Shown here one piece after another: positions 25,601 through 37,667 of a DNA stretch of 64,000 nucleotides. How positions within the stretch are numbered: the first letter of the stretch is position 1; the number at the start of each line of letters is the position of its first letter. The notes beneath the pieces are model-generated. The model had not been told where the DNA came from. It saw only the letters and a program-made list of their open reading frames with translations, and made no database searches. This stretch comes from Epithemia pelagica (Eukaryota; Protista; Bacillariophyta): the NCBI GenBank assembly GCA_946965045.2, contig OX337229.1, positions 2,232,001 to 2,296,000 on the forward strand, in the 5' to 3' direction. A program made the translations under genes and the position numbers.

Positions 25601-26288
25601 TTCTTGCTTGATAGGCCTCTAGGACACGAGCGACACAGTCCACATGTAGGTAGTGGCCGGTCTCGTTGTACCTAGGATCGAAGGAGTTAAACTCGTCTAG
25701 TTCTTCAGGGGACTCCATAGCTTTGTGATAAACATCTTCTTCGACATTAATTTCATGATCTAAGACACCAGGTTCCCATAAGGCATCACTAGTGAACACT
25801 ACTGTAGGTAGCGTATCTAGTTCTTCATCCGTAGGAGGGTGCATAGGCATCCTAATTAATCCTTGGCGGCATTGAAAAGGAATTACCCATTGGTCCACTG
25901 TAACCATGCGTTGCTGATGGCCAGGGATCATAGCCGACTTGTCGTCAACCGTATTGCCAAAATGGGACAGTTGTCCTATAGAGTGCATAGTACTCCCCTT
26001 TCCATAGTAGGCGTACTGGTTCATGATGATTACGATTGGTCCACGTGTTGTCTGAACGACACCTGCACACGTCACAATGGGAATGTCTTCCATATGGCTG
26101 TCGCCAATTCCCGTGATGTCAGCACTTCTATCCGTATAGCTCAGAACGCGTACGTCTTCACCAGCGAGCCCTCCATTTGCTCCGCCATCAATGAGCGAGC
26201 CCGGTAGAGTGGTAGATGCTGCGGCTTGCGTGCACCTGTAAGTAACACTCTCCATGTTGATGCTCCGTGTGGAGCCACTTCCCAACAC
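22602..26288 (-). pseudogene. Copia pol (stops at 23436 and 22839)
   Basis: LIDGGANGG (PR); VATDTMWS..., SDNAKAQ, SEPHHQHQNFAER (INT); RMVFAVKHDGRHKSRFVVGGH, ADVGNAYL, KALYGLKTSG, YVDD (RT); FDANLYHDLITGR..TG, ATFTSEFIA (RH). Confidence 0.92.
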
Positions 26289-26628
26289 GCGTTGGTAGAT
26301 CGCGCCGGTACTGCTGATGACTCGCTCGCTGTTATCAGATCGAGATAAGAGATTATTAGGGAGTGTCTGGTTGCTGGCTTGGCTTGGCGGGATCGCGAAT
26401 TGAGTCGACGGACTTGGTGGTGTAGTTGTCGTGGTAGCTATGATAGTTTCAGAGATAGATGCACTATCTTGAGGAGCTGCCTGACGGCTTTGATTACAAG
26501 ACCTATTGCTCTTGTTAGAAGCAGCAATAGCCTTTCTTGCATTAGGAGGAAGTTGGTCCCATAATGCCTTGGGTATCTTGCCTGAGTTTTCTTGTTCACT
26601 AGAGTTAGCCTGATATTGGGACTTGTTC

Positions 26629-28300
26629 TTAGTGATGATAGCCTGTCGAGCATCTGGAGGTAGTTGACTCCAGATTTCTTTCGGGACTGAAATTCGATTC
26701 GAGGTGTAATTCCCCCCTTACTGCCATGAGACGCCCCCCCCCTTTGCCATGTCCCCCCTTGTTATGAGAACTAGAGCTAGAGGAAGTCTGATGGGCAGTA
26801 TGAGCTTGACGACGAGGCTTGCCCGTGTGCGTAGAATCGATATTGAAGGCCGTAGAACGGAGCAGCGCAAGATAATTATCATAGGTAATCGGTGGATTAC
26901 CCTGAGCCTGGAAGATATTGTCCTGATGTTGTAGGCTAAAGAATTCCGGTTCATCACGTAGTGCCGTGCAAAGCATAGTTTTCCGAACAGCATCGGACTC
27001 GCGATCAGCGTGCGCGGTGCAGCGATCAACGATCATCCACTGCGATTACCAGTTGTTAAGGAAGGCTTGTTTCGAGCTCTTCCAGTCCTTAATGCGGAGC
27101 TGCGCGAGTCCTGCGCGAACATCCTGCACATTGGTCTGAGCTATTATAGAGCGTTCGTAGTGCTCACATAGCGCCGTAGCTATAGCTTGGGCATCTGCAC
27201 GTTCTTCGTGACGTTTGACCATCATGCGCCCAGAGGCGGTCTGGAGCACACGGCAGAACACGGAGTACATGAACTGCTGGATTTCTTGCCAAAGGGCAGA
27301 TTCCTTCCGGGTCTTGGGGTAGTAGCTAGGGTCAAAGACCTGATGAGTCCCGTGGACTCTAGCTGTAGCAAGGGTATCCCGATACCAGGCATACCACTGC
27401 TTGTCATCCTTGAAATTGCTATACATGCTAATATCCCGTTTGACTCCTTTCCTGAAGTTCCGAGCATCTAGGCCATCATCACTACTATCGCTATCGTTGT
27501 CATCGGTAAGATGGACATAGCTAGAGGATGAACTGGAGGAGCTATCACTATTATAGGAGTTAGTGATAGATAGATGAGGATCGTGAAAGACTTTGCCTTC
27601 GTTGATAGTAGGCAGACCATGTAGACCGGGTGTAGGGGTAACGCTACGGGTTAATTTATTCCGTAGGTTAATAATCGGCATCCCCGTCAGAGATCTCTGG
27701 GTACCCATGGCGGATGGGGCGATACCAGGTGACAGATTCTGAAAAGGGAGAGGACGAGAGCGGTTAGAGTCTTTCTTTTTCTTGTGTTTCTTCTTCTTTG
27801 ATTTCTTGGCAGAACGCTGGGAAACAGATTGCTCACCTTCTAGCGGGCCACGAAGAGGATGAAAGTCTTCTTGCGTGATGAGCGTGATGTCATGCCCGCT
27901 GCGGAACTGTTCTCCGAGAATGTCGTAGGTAAACCTGGCTACACGAACGAGACGGTAAATTTCGTCGAACGTGAGCGAACGGACAGGGTCATTATAGTCT
28001 TCAATGGGATGATTGGCACGAATTTGGTCGAGCGCGCCGGGGTCAATCTCCAAGAACATCGCCAAATGGTACAAGTTGGTGTACGTCATAGGGCACGTGA
28101 TAACACCGCCAAAGCTGAGGAATCGCGGGAGTGACGCGACATTGTGAAGCAGATGGCGTAGGGCGGTAACCTGGCGTTCGGTAGCTGGGGGAGTAATCGT
28201 TGTATAAATCCCCCATCATGGCTTGGGCGTATTCCAAGTTGTTGGTGGAACGCTCCGACATGGTTGAAATAGGCGTAACGGGATCGCCGCTCGCAGACAT
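26629..28300 (-). pseudogene. Copia gag (frameshift near 28090, TAA at 27046)
   Basis: RKGVKRDISMYSNFKDDKQWYAWYRDTLATARVHG..VFDPSYYP..LWQEIQQFMYSVFCRVLQT is a CoDi-like gag core. Confidence 0.8.
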
Positions 28301-29547
28301 TATGACCGCAAGAATTGGTTGGGCAAATAGACTTGGGTCTTATGGATGAATCGTGTGAACCGGAGTCTTGGAAACTTGGTCTTGTAGCACAAAATTTTAG
28401 TCGTAGATCTTGAAATTTGGTCGTGTTTGAATGTCTTGATTCTTGTTCGTGAATCTTGGTTAAGCTTGAAACTTGAGTCCCACGAAAACACGATAAGCGT
28501 GCGTAATATTTACTTAGTGGGTCTTGATGGTAGAACACAAGCTACCCCTACTTTTCACCTAATACTGACCTGGTCCCGTGACTTCAGTATCAGTAACAGA
28601 CGTAGCAGATATGCACGAACAGGATTCTGCAGTCGCTGTTCGGCCACACTGGCGGATTTGGGCTTCTCTAAGGCAGTTCTTAGTAGTTCCCCAGGTCCAA
28701 CGCGAATGCCAGGCAGGGACCTCTTGCACGTTTTCGATATCGTACTCGCTCAACGATTGGCGCTGAGACGGGGTGGTTGTATGACAGAGATAGGTCGGGT
28801 GGTACTTTCAAGACCGCTTTCCCTCAAGCCCTAGATGTCAGTGACTCCCTGTGTCCCCGGACGTATTCTTCGTTCTCCGTAGGATGCTCGTCGTCGTTCT
28901 CCGATGTTCTCGTAGTTATCGGCAAATCTCCGTATGTCCGTCGATCGCTTGGTCATGGTCGGATGCGGATGGTCGTGGTCGGATAGCTGCGGTCTCTCTG
29001 TCAGTCCGTTGTCTCCACTTGTGTCCCGTAGGCTCGTTGTAGTAACTCTCACGTAGAATCGGTCGTCACCGTCGCGTCGTGTCGTAGGGTAGTATAGGAT
29101 GGATAAGAGGATGGATTTGAGATAGGTCCAACCTTCCGACTTGGGAAAGACAACTCCGCGGGTGACCAAGCCGATGAGACTGTTAATCTGACAAGCTGGA
29201 AGGAAGGTAGGTTAGATAGGGTGTAACAAAACACACACGATGGAGACGGTATAATTACGATAAGATAGAGGGTTTCGAATAATTGATGATAAAATATTGT
29301 GATTTCATGAAGTGGTTATCTAGACTGAATCCTTTCGATCCCAGGTTCCCATTAAGGTGATCCTGGATCTTGGATCGAGGTGTAAAAGGCTTCTAGACGG
29401 AAAAGATTGCCGTCTAGGGTCATCGGCACAGGCCTATGTCACCTAGAGGTGCATATATAAGTTAGATGTAATAGTTTGCCGTAGACTATCCGTTGCGGCT
29501 CTTTACGCGCGGTTGATAAGCCTCAATCCGCGATTAGCGCAATACGG

Positions 29548-30250
29548 TTAAGTCCAGCGGATCTTGGAGAATATAAATATAACATAGCCTATGAGAACTA
29601 GTCCATCCACTACTGCAAATAGTTGCTGTTTGGAGTATTTGTTTGACGGCGAGGACATTGGTTGTGGAGTGGCATTCTTCTCCTCAGCTAGCAGCACTGT
29701 TTTGAGACTGGGAACACAATGCCAGACACCATCAAATGCACCTGTCTCTCTTCCCAGACCATGAATATCGAGAAAGCTTGTGTTGTTGTTTGGTGAATCA
29801 ATAAAGAGATTGTATTGTGGGAAAAACAAACATCCATCCATCCAATAGTTTCTGATCACTGGCTGATACTCTGTCGGCGGCGAGTTTGATTTGTCATTGT
29901 AAATTTTGTCGCTGTACACCAGCCTCTCTTCATTAGATTCCTTGTAAGTCTGTGCTCACAACAGGATCCAATAAAAGTGGAGGCTGCTTCAGTCATTTTG
30001 CTGTCAACAAACTGAGCAGCAGTCCTAAGCCATTTGTCCTCCTGGATTCCCTTTTTTTGCAGAGGTCCACAATTTCTGACACACATCTGAAACAAGCCTT
30101 GCATCCACATCTAGAGCATGTCCAAAACTGTGGTGTTGGCTTTGTTGTTGCTGTTTCTTGCAATGGTTGTATTGGTTTGATTGATTGCTGTTGTTTTCTT
30201 TCAACTGAATTTGGGGAACAAAAACGGCAACTCATGGTTCCAATGAACAT
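29548..30250 (-). pseudogene. Cys-rich ORF relic of unknown family
   Basis: SCRFC...WTCSRCGCKACFRC, then FIGSCCEH and DGCLFFPQYNLFIDSP...DIHGLG..GVWHCV, across three frames. Confidence 0.35.
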
Positions 30251-30623
30251 TCATGAACAGGGGGCTCAATGACACCTTTCCTCTCAATACAAAGGAAGAC
30301 AGCATCTGCCCTGACAAATGGATGAAGACACCCTTGTCCTCAAGACAGCAAAGAACTTCCTGGCACCAGGAAATAGATGCAGAGAACCCTCTATCACTCA
30401 ATTCTTTGGAGTTCAAGGTCGACTTTTTATTTTTGCTAAAGGACGCGTCGGAAAGTAGACTCAAAGACGGTTCCAAGGAAAAAAGGTTGACTCAAATCCC
30501 ACCAGTAGATGTGGAGATATGTCCTTCCAGTCTGTCTGCTGGATTGTGATGACCAAGTTCTGATTGACCGGACATCACGCCACTGTCACATCATCCCGTG
30601 GAGGAGTAGCGTATGGATGGTCA

Positions 30624-30751
30624 ACAGGTGGGAGTATCAAAAGGTTTTGTCATAGGGTCATTAGGGATAGGGTATAAATGGCCCACAGGTGGGAGCATCA
30701 AAAGGATTTGTCGTAGGGTCATTAGGGTAAGGGTATAAATGGCCCACAGGT
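30624..30751. repeat. 61-bp tandem duplication containing degenerate TTAGGG units
   Basis: acaggtgggag...ttagggatagggta / ttagggtaagggta...ggcccacaggt at 30624 and 30685. Confidence 0.9.
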
Positions 30752-31261
30752 TAACTGTGGTTCGGGGAGGTCTGTTTGACCGTTATATCCAATTATTGAA
30801 TCTAGAAAAATAAAAAAGTTACTGTAAAAAATCCAAATGATATTTTTTAAAAATTTGGATATTAGCGTGTAGACAGCAGACGGGAGGTACCCCCGCAATC
30901 GGAGGGTATAACATAGCCTATGAGACATAGGACTAGTTCGATCGTGGAGTATACATAAATTAGGAGTGAATAGATCTTCGTGACTCAATCGTGCCTAATC
31001 TAGATTCATACAGGAATCTAGGCTTAATGCGATTGATCTGCCGCGTACTTTCCGCGACTCTTCATGACTATAGAACTACCTATTGGGGAATATAGCCAAC
31101 ATAGGTGTTCTAGGTATTAGGAACCACTATTAAAGGGCTGCATCTTCGATTACTCCAAAGTGGCCCACGTCGGAAATAAGTATAACATGGACCTACACAA
31201 AGGGGTCGAAAAGAAGAACCAGTTGGTTCTATTTGGATTGAGCACAATGACTATGGATGTT

Positions 31262-31354
31262 ACAGACCACACCAGTCTGTCATTATAAGTAGCGTTTAGA
31301 GCAGAGACAGACCACACCAGTCTGTCATTATAAGTAGCGTTTAGAGCAGAGACA
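31262..31354. repeat. 45-bp tandem duplication
   Basis: acagaccacaccagtctgtcattataagtagcgtttagagcagag x2. Confidence 0.95.
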
Positions 31355-31619
31355 TTGTCAAACCCTCAAAATAGCAATGCAGCGAGACAGCAACATTAGT
31401 GGTTGGTGCAGGAGAAGGAAAATTATATATTCAGGTCTTATTCTGTGAAGGTGGTAAAACACCAATCAGCAAGCAAGGCAATTTCTCCATGACCCCTTCT
31501 ACCATACTTACTGTTCAATGGAGGTTGTTTGGAAACAAGTTTTGAACAACAAGTTACAGCCTCATGAATGTAAATAAGCCCAAATACAAGTTCCCTCTGT
31601 GTCAAGAGATGCTGGACAA

Positions 31620-32250
31620 ATTATTCAAAGAGCTTGTGTTCACTGACTGTAACAATCTCACAAAGTATAAGTATAAGTGTGGCATTCCAGTGTTTCTTGT
31701 CTAAGGCCATTTGATTGGAATTATCTGTGAAGTTTCTAATACCGTGGCAATCGGGCAAGAACAGAAGGACATCATCGAATGGACAAGCGACCCCCAAGAA
31801 TATGGGGGCATCAGCATTCCCTCTTTGGGAACTGAATGTGGTATCTCTCAGGTTTATATGCTCTTGAATTGTCCCCACAAACTGGAGGAGCTGCTCCCTC
31901 GCAATAATTGATCTCTTGGGAACAATGCCTCGCAGGTACCAGCTTCCCAATCTTAGAAAACATTGCCACGCCTCTTCTCTATTTGACCCCTATGCAATGG
32001 TTACCACAAGTACGACATTACCTTGCATCGATTCGGAGTTGCATCAAATTAGACCATACCTTTATTCCGCACATTCAATGAGTCCATGATTCTTTTCTTA
32101 TTGATCACTCTCTGGAAAATTTTTCCATCTGACTCAACTCTATCTCTCTTGACAAAGCTTGTTTGCGCATTCATACATTTCTTCTTGTTGTTTTGATAAG
32201 CAATGTAACATGGATCACGTTGTATTGATTGTAGAAGGGTGGTCCACAGC
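31620..32250 (+). mobile_element. Possible non-LTR (LINE) C-terminal relic
   Basis: SDPQEYGGISIPSLGTECGISQVYMLL resembles the post-RT GP..YGG.G...LYTEQGI.Q...LL motif of LINE ORF2. Confidence 0.4.
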
Positions 32251-32256
32251 TTTTCC

Positions 32257-34156
32257 TCAATAAGGCATGATCACTGGACACTCTCCTCTAATAAGAGCCT
32301 CAATGATGCCACCATGGGAATGTAAAAAGCTGGTCATCATCCCTATACTATTGTATGCTTTGGTGAGGCATTCGGCATATCTAGAGTATAGCATTGACTG
32401 GGTTTTCATTTGTGAACCTTTCCAAAGCCATATGTACAATGCCAAACAAATCCGGAATTGTCTGTTGCAAAGAACAAAAACCCAATATGGATCCATTGAT
32501 TTTGGAAGGTGTGTCTTCCTTGCGGCACATGCACCGAGTGATTTCCGCGGATTTGAGGCGAATCGAGTACATTGGTGGGTCATGTACGAGATGCCACTCC
32601 GGGAGCCAGCCTCCTCCAGGTAGTTGAGCATCCCCACAATGGATCGTTAGTTGAAGAAGTTGTTCAATGCCGGTTCGTCCAAGTGTCGAAGAAGTTGTTC
32701 AATGCCGGTTTGTCCAAGTGTTGGTGAAGGATCTTGGAAGATGCTATTGGGTTCTCTTTAGTTGTCACATTGTCTTTAAAATGGATTGCATCAAGTACCT
32801 TGTGGATTAAAGGTGATGGTGCTTTGTGATGTTCACTGCAAGGAAATCTTTTATGTTCCCTTCAACTGTTATGTTGAGTTTGGCTGCTTTGATGTCGGCT
32901 TAGTCAATTTCCTCTCTATCTGGCCCGCGTAAGACGCTATTGTCTGTGTACGTACACGCCTGATCCCAGATAGAATGCACATTTGTCGATTGACAATTTG
33001 GTGAATCCAATGTCATGTACCAGTTGTTCTTGAAAAGATGTGGAATGACATCGAGGTTCAAAGGATGGGAAGGTTGTAGAAGGGATGGAGCTGTGGACGG
33101 TGAAAAAATGCATCGCTGGAATGTTACATTAGGGAAACTGAGAGTCTGTGCATGTTTCTGGGAACATGGAATTCTGATGAGTGCTATGAGAGAAGATTTG
33201 ATTGAACCAGCAAATACATGCATGCATCAACTATTTTCCAGGACTGTGGAGTAAAGTACAGGTTATTTGTCCTACAGTTGTTGATGAAGAGCATGACATG
33301 GTGACCTTACCTTGCCTCTACAATTGTTTTTCAAAACTTATGGAAGTATGGAAGAAGGCAAGTTTTGTAGCTCTTGTTGGATGCAAGATTAAAAAGCAAA
33401 GTAAATCAGTAACCATGGTTTGGGCAGAGTTACCTGCATTTCGGACGACCTACACTTACTTGGGCAAGGCATTGGACGAAGCTCATTGTTGCATTAAAGG
33501 TTCTGCAGAACAAGAACATGGCTGGCATCATGGACCTCATCAGCTTCATGCTTTTGAAGACTATAGATATGATCATTGGGCTGAGACCCTACATTTCTTG
33601 CTTGATAAAGTGCATGAGTCGATACTGCTGTAGCATCCAACAATTTTGTTCATGTGATATGAATTTGTGTATTCTTGTGCTCAGGCTTCATGTAGGCTTC
33701 TTGGGCATATTACTGCTGGTGCAAATTGATTTGGTTGTTTCTGGTCAATTTTTAAGCTGGATAGATTGGACACGAATGTACCTTTCTGAAGATATTCCCC
33801 ATTGATAGTGCAGTTAATTGGGATAAGTAGATGGAATCCATCCAACTTTATTTTTAATTTTGATCACCGTATAGGATTGGTACTCCCTGTTGTATCTTCG
33901 TGATTGGTATCGTCCTTTGAGAGTGGTCATTTAGTTTGCTGTTACAGCAACCTTTGTCCGTGTAGAGAAAGCGTGGACATTCACTGATGACGATGACAAA
34001 AGAAAGGTGGGTCTCATTGCCCACTCCATTCACTGTCATCACCATCCCTCCAAACGCTCTCGATCCACTGAAACCAAACGAGAGGATATGACAGAACCCA
34101 ACGAGGAGGAATTGAAGAAAAGTCACAATGAGTCAATGACAGCAGCAAGTGTTGCA
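32257..34156 (-). mobile_element. Degraded copia pol relic, copy B of the duplication
   Basis: ORF 32257-32637 holds RT-end and RH-like motifs. Near-identical to 1-1870. Confidence 0.78.
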
Positions 34157-34199
34157 CACGATGACGACGACATTCAGGAATGGTTGCCTACCAAATAAA

Positions 34200-34421
34200 G
34201 TCATAAAACAGTCAAACAGATAAAATGGAGCCTATATACAAAGTGGATGATGCTGGGATAGGCTTGCGCCTACCAAGCAAGGTTATAAAACAATAAAACA
34301 GATAAAATGGAGCCTATATACAAAGTGGATGATGCTTCAACCTACCAAGCAAGGTCATAAAACAATAAAACAGATAAAATGGAGCCTATATACAAAGTGG
34401 ATGATGCTGGAATAGGCTTCC
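34200..34421. repeat. Three imperfect units of about 70-80 bp
   Basis: aaacagataaaatggagcctatatacaa(a)gtggatgatgct x3. Confidence 0.9.
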
Positions 34422-34564
34422 ACTGAGTTTGGACTGCTCCAGCCTATGCAGACAAGGCCAGAGAGGCATGTTTGTCCTTGGCACAGGGAAAGAACCTCTC
34501 ATTGGATTCTCCTGTCACAAGGACCACTAGAGGAACTGCTGTCTTCTCTATCTAACTGATGGTC

Positions 34565-34735
34565 CAAAAATATCAGGAGCAACATCAGCTACCCGACATA
34601 ACCAATCTACCAGGAGCAACAACAGCTACCCAACATAGCCAAGCTATCAGGAGCAACATAGGCTAGCCGACATAACCAAGCTACCAGGAGCAACAGCAGC
34701 TACCCAACATAACCAAACTACCCAACCCAATCAAT
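34565..34735. repeat. About 36-bp x4 minisatellite flanked by a direct repeat (gctgtcttctctatctaactgatg)
   Basis: caggagcaaca(t/a)cagctaccc(g/a)acataaccaa units. The flanking repeat lies at about 34537 and 34757. Confidence 0.85.
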
Positions 34736-34841
34736 ACAAAGCAAAATGGATATCTCAGCTGTCTTCTCTATCTAACTGATGTCCCAAACAATACTTGTGG
34801 AACAATGTGGAACCAAGATTTGGAAAGACTATGGTTTACTA

Positions 34842-35185
34842 CAAACCAACCTTCCCAGAACATTTTTCTTTCACCAAGGATATGGACCAATACTCTTCCC
34901 AAGCATGGGGAGAGCATGCTTTAGGTTATGGGAACTGGGAGAACCATGGGAAAGATGTAGAATGAAAAGGCATTGCTTTGGAAGGAATCTTCAAGATGGC
35001 GTTTTCCAGCAAGATTGCATAATGCAAGACCTTTTTTAAGGAGACGGGCGTCAACCTTTTTTAAGTAGACGGGCGTCAAAAACAACACATTTTCCAACTT
35101 TGGGAAGAACACTAACAAAATCCAATCTGCTGAGTTTCTCATACATATCCTTGGTGAATGATAATGTTCCGGGAAGGTTGGTTTG
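34842..35185. mobile_element. Tc1/mariner-type MITE, 344 bp, 23-bp TIRs, TA target site
   Basis: TA|caaaccaaccttcccagaacatt ... aatgttccgggaaggttggtttg|TA, with one mismatch. Confidence 0.8.
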
Positions 35186-37180
35186 TAATTAACCCTGTCA
35201 TCACAATCCCTCCAAACACTCTCGATCCACTGAAACCAAATAAGAGGATATGACAGAACCCAATGAGGAGGAATTGAAGAAAAGTCACTTTTTACAGCAT
35301 CCCAGATCCCAGATCATAAAATTCCAGAACTGCTCCATGTATGTACCACATAGTTCAAAAGACATATCAGCAAGCCATTTCCAACCATGTATGCCAAAAC
35401 AGAACTGGTAAAACAGAACTGGTAACCTGATGATACTCAAAACAGAACTGGTAAAACAGATCTGGTAACCTGATGATACTCAAACAGATCAAGTCCTTCT
35501 CTTATGCCTGTGTATTGACTAGTTACAAATTGGACAAAACTCACTCTCTGTAAAAAGTCTTTGTCCTGTGTCCGCCTATTTGAGCCCCCCCCCATCCCTT
35601 TCATCTTTGTGTGTCCTCCCTGCTGTTGTACCCTCACTGGGTCAATTGTAGATTTTATGTGCCATATGCAGACGTGCTTTTATGTGGTATATGTGCTCGT
35701 GAATATAAAATGTCCCATTTTGTGTGAAAGCAAGTCATTGATATGCTGACCAACATGCACAGTTTCATATGATTAATGTAAAAATATTGTGTTATCATCC
35801 AGATTTTAGCCAACATCCTTCAATTCACACCTTTGGGATGCATCCCTTGATCATCTGCTCAGAAAGATAATCTAGTGATGTAGCCCCAATGGAATTCTGT
35901 GTGGAGATAGTACACAACATTTTTGTCTATGTAATCTAAGCAGTGGCTAAGAGAGAGGGCTATGCCAACATCTGTTTATCCTTGTCATTGATATAATCAA
36001 ATTTGGACTTTACAAAACCTTTGCAACCTTGAAGTCTGATAACTCCATACATCATTTCTACAGTGTGGGTTTTTTCACCTTTCATTGTTTGGGAAACCTA
36101 ATACTCCAATTGTGAAAAAACAGAAACAACATTGATGAAGAGTCTTGTAGGGGTACAGTCATTGTTTGGAATATGTATCAAACTTGAGAAGTCATTGGGG
36201 GGAGATCTAAAAAAGGCAACTCTTGTTTTTCTTGTATAAAATGAGTGACTTGACAAGTTGGAGAATGACGTCCAGGTCAGTGGGTAGAACAGTCGACGAG
36301 CTTGGACCAAAATATATTTTTTCCTGGGACAGTTTGGCAACTGGGAAGGATTTGGGGGTGCTTTCTTTTGGATCGAAGTGAAAAAGATGGCTTTTTTGTT
36401 TGAAATGTTTTCTTGCAACGTAATTATGATGATTCCTCGTAAGGGGTTTGGAAAAGAAAGGTAGAGCCCATTTGTAGATCTGCGTCCGGCAGGAACAAGT
36501 GGCTTTCTTGCTTGTTGACTTGAACAAATAACATACTAGGTTGTAAGGAAAAAGTAACATCCAATGACGTGGCACTTTTGCCAGAATTATGTTGAGATTG
36601 CGACAAATTTCATCAGGTACAAGAACCTTTGTTTTTCCAGTCCTCTCAGCTGAAGGAAAATCATAGGCCATTTCCCCATCACTGCAATCCACCTCCTTTT
36701 GTTCAAGCTTTCAATGAATAGTTTCCAACTGTAAGACCAGTGCTTGCTCTATCCCCTTTACTGGTGCATCCCCCTGGGGAGAAGCACCTTGGGACGAAGA
36801 GGTGAGACCCAAACCACAAGGGTTTGGGTCCAAGCTGCCACTTTCAAGGGCAAGCATTGACTCAATGAATAGTTTCCAACTGTAAGACCAGTGCTTGCTC
36901 TATCCTGTTTACTGGTGCATCCCCCCCAAGAGAAATTACAGAAAAGGGGGAAGAGGGGGCCGAGAAGGGGAGAGGGGGGGGGGACAGTGAAAAATTGGAG
37001 AATGCCAGTCTCGAACTGGCGACCTCATGCATGCTAATCTCCCATTTCACCTACAACACCCCTACTTGCAGTCGTATCTTTTGAATTCTCAGTCATTTTC
37101 GGTCGCACTTCTTCTGCCCTACGGTAGTTTCATCCTTAGGTTTCATTTCATTTCTTTTCTCCAAACAACAACCAAACAAA

Positions 37181-37311
37181 ATGCCAAGGAAAAAAGGCAG
37201 ATCTGATAAGAAAAGCGAACAATACAAGGACCCGAACTGCAAAAGGGTTCGAAAGTATGCCAATGGCTATTGTTATCGTCATAACTCTCTTCTGAAAGAA
37301 CAGATTCATTT
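37181..37311 (+). pseudogene. 5' part of a small ORF interrupted by the copia insertion; continues at 51057
   Basis: MPRKKGRSDKKSEQYKDPNCKRVRKYANGYCYRHNSLLKEQIH. Removing the element and one CATTT continues in frame as LPTASSVATITAATRPTQSTRPTQ...*. Confidence 0.55.
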
Positions 37312-37549
37312 TGTCACAAAGTGGGGCGTACTGTCCATCAGTGGGGTTGACGGGCAGTCTTGCAGCGCGCGTGTCGGCATGGGAAAGTAGATAGATTCAA
37401 ATTCCCACTGTCACCATAATTTCCAAATCTGTTGTTTTGATCTTCCTTTTTCGTCGTTAGCCGCATCATCGAACCAAGTTGACCATAGTGGAGCATCAAC
37501 TCTCCGCTGCGTACGACTTTGAGCAACAGCAACATCGTCTGTTGCGACA
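37312..37549 (+). repeat. 5' LTR of the outer copia
   Basis: tgtcacaaag...gttgcgaca. Matches 43503-43708 plus 51020-51051 with one substitution (CpG vs CpA). Confidence 0.97.
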
Positions 37550-37563
37550 GGTTATGAGCCCAA
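37550..37563 (+). promoter_or_regulatory. Primer-binding site, half-tRNA(iMet) type
   Basis: ggttatgagcccaa directly follows the LTR CA and resembles the Drosophila copia PBS GGTTATGGGCCCAG. Confidence 0.75.
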
Positions 37564-37667
37564 GTAAAGGGTTGTAAGCTTGCTTTTGTTATCGAACAAG
37601 AGCTGGAGAAGAAAAAGACTTCGCGTACCATCGACGAAACGAAACGGACTCGACGCTGAGAAGAACC

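Larger units (their letters stand above)
22602..29230 (-). mobile_element. Ty1/copia (CoDi-like) element, 3'-truncated in RNaseH, no 3' LTR
   Basis: gag 28300 to 26630; pol 26288 to 22602 in PR-INT-RT-RH order. Ends abruptly after ...RMLGVPL. Confidence 0.92.

Noticed and set aside
29222-29584. 5' LTR of the 22.6-29.2 kb copia
   Set aside because: TG...CA-like ends are present, but there is no second LTR to compare and no recognisable PBS.
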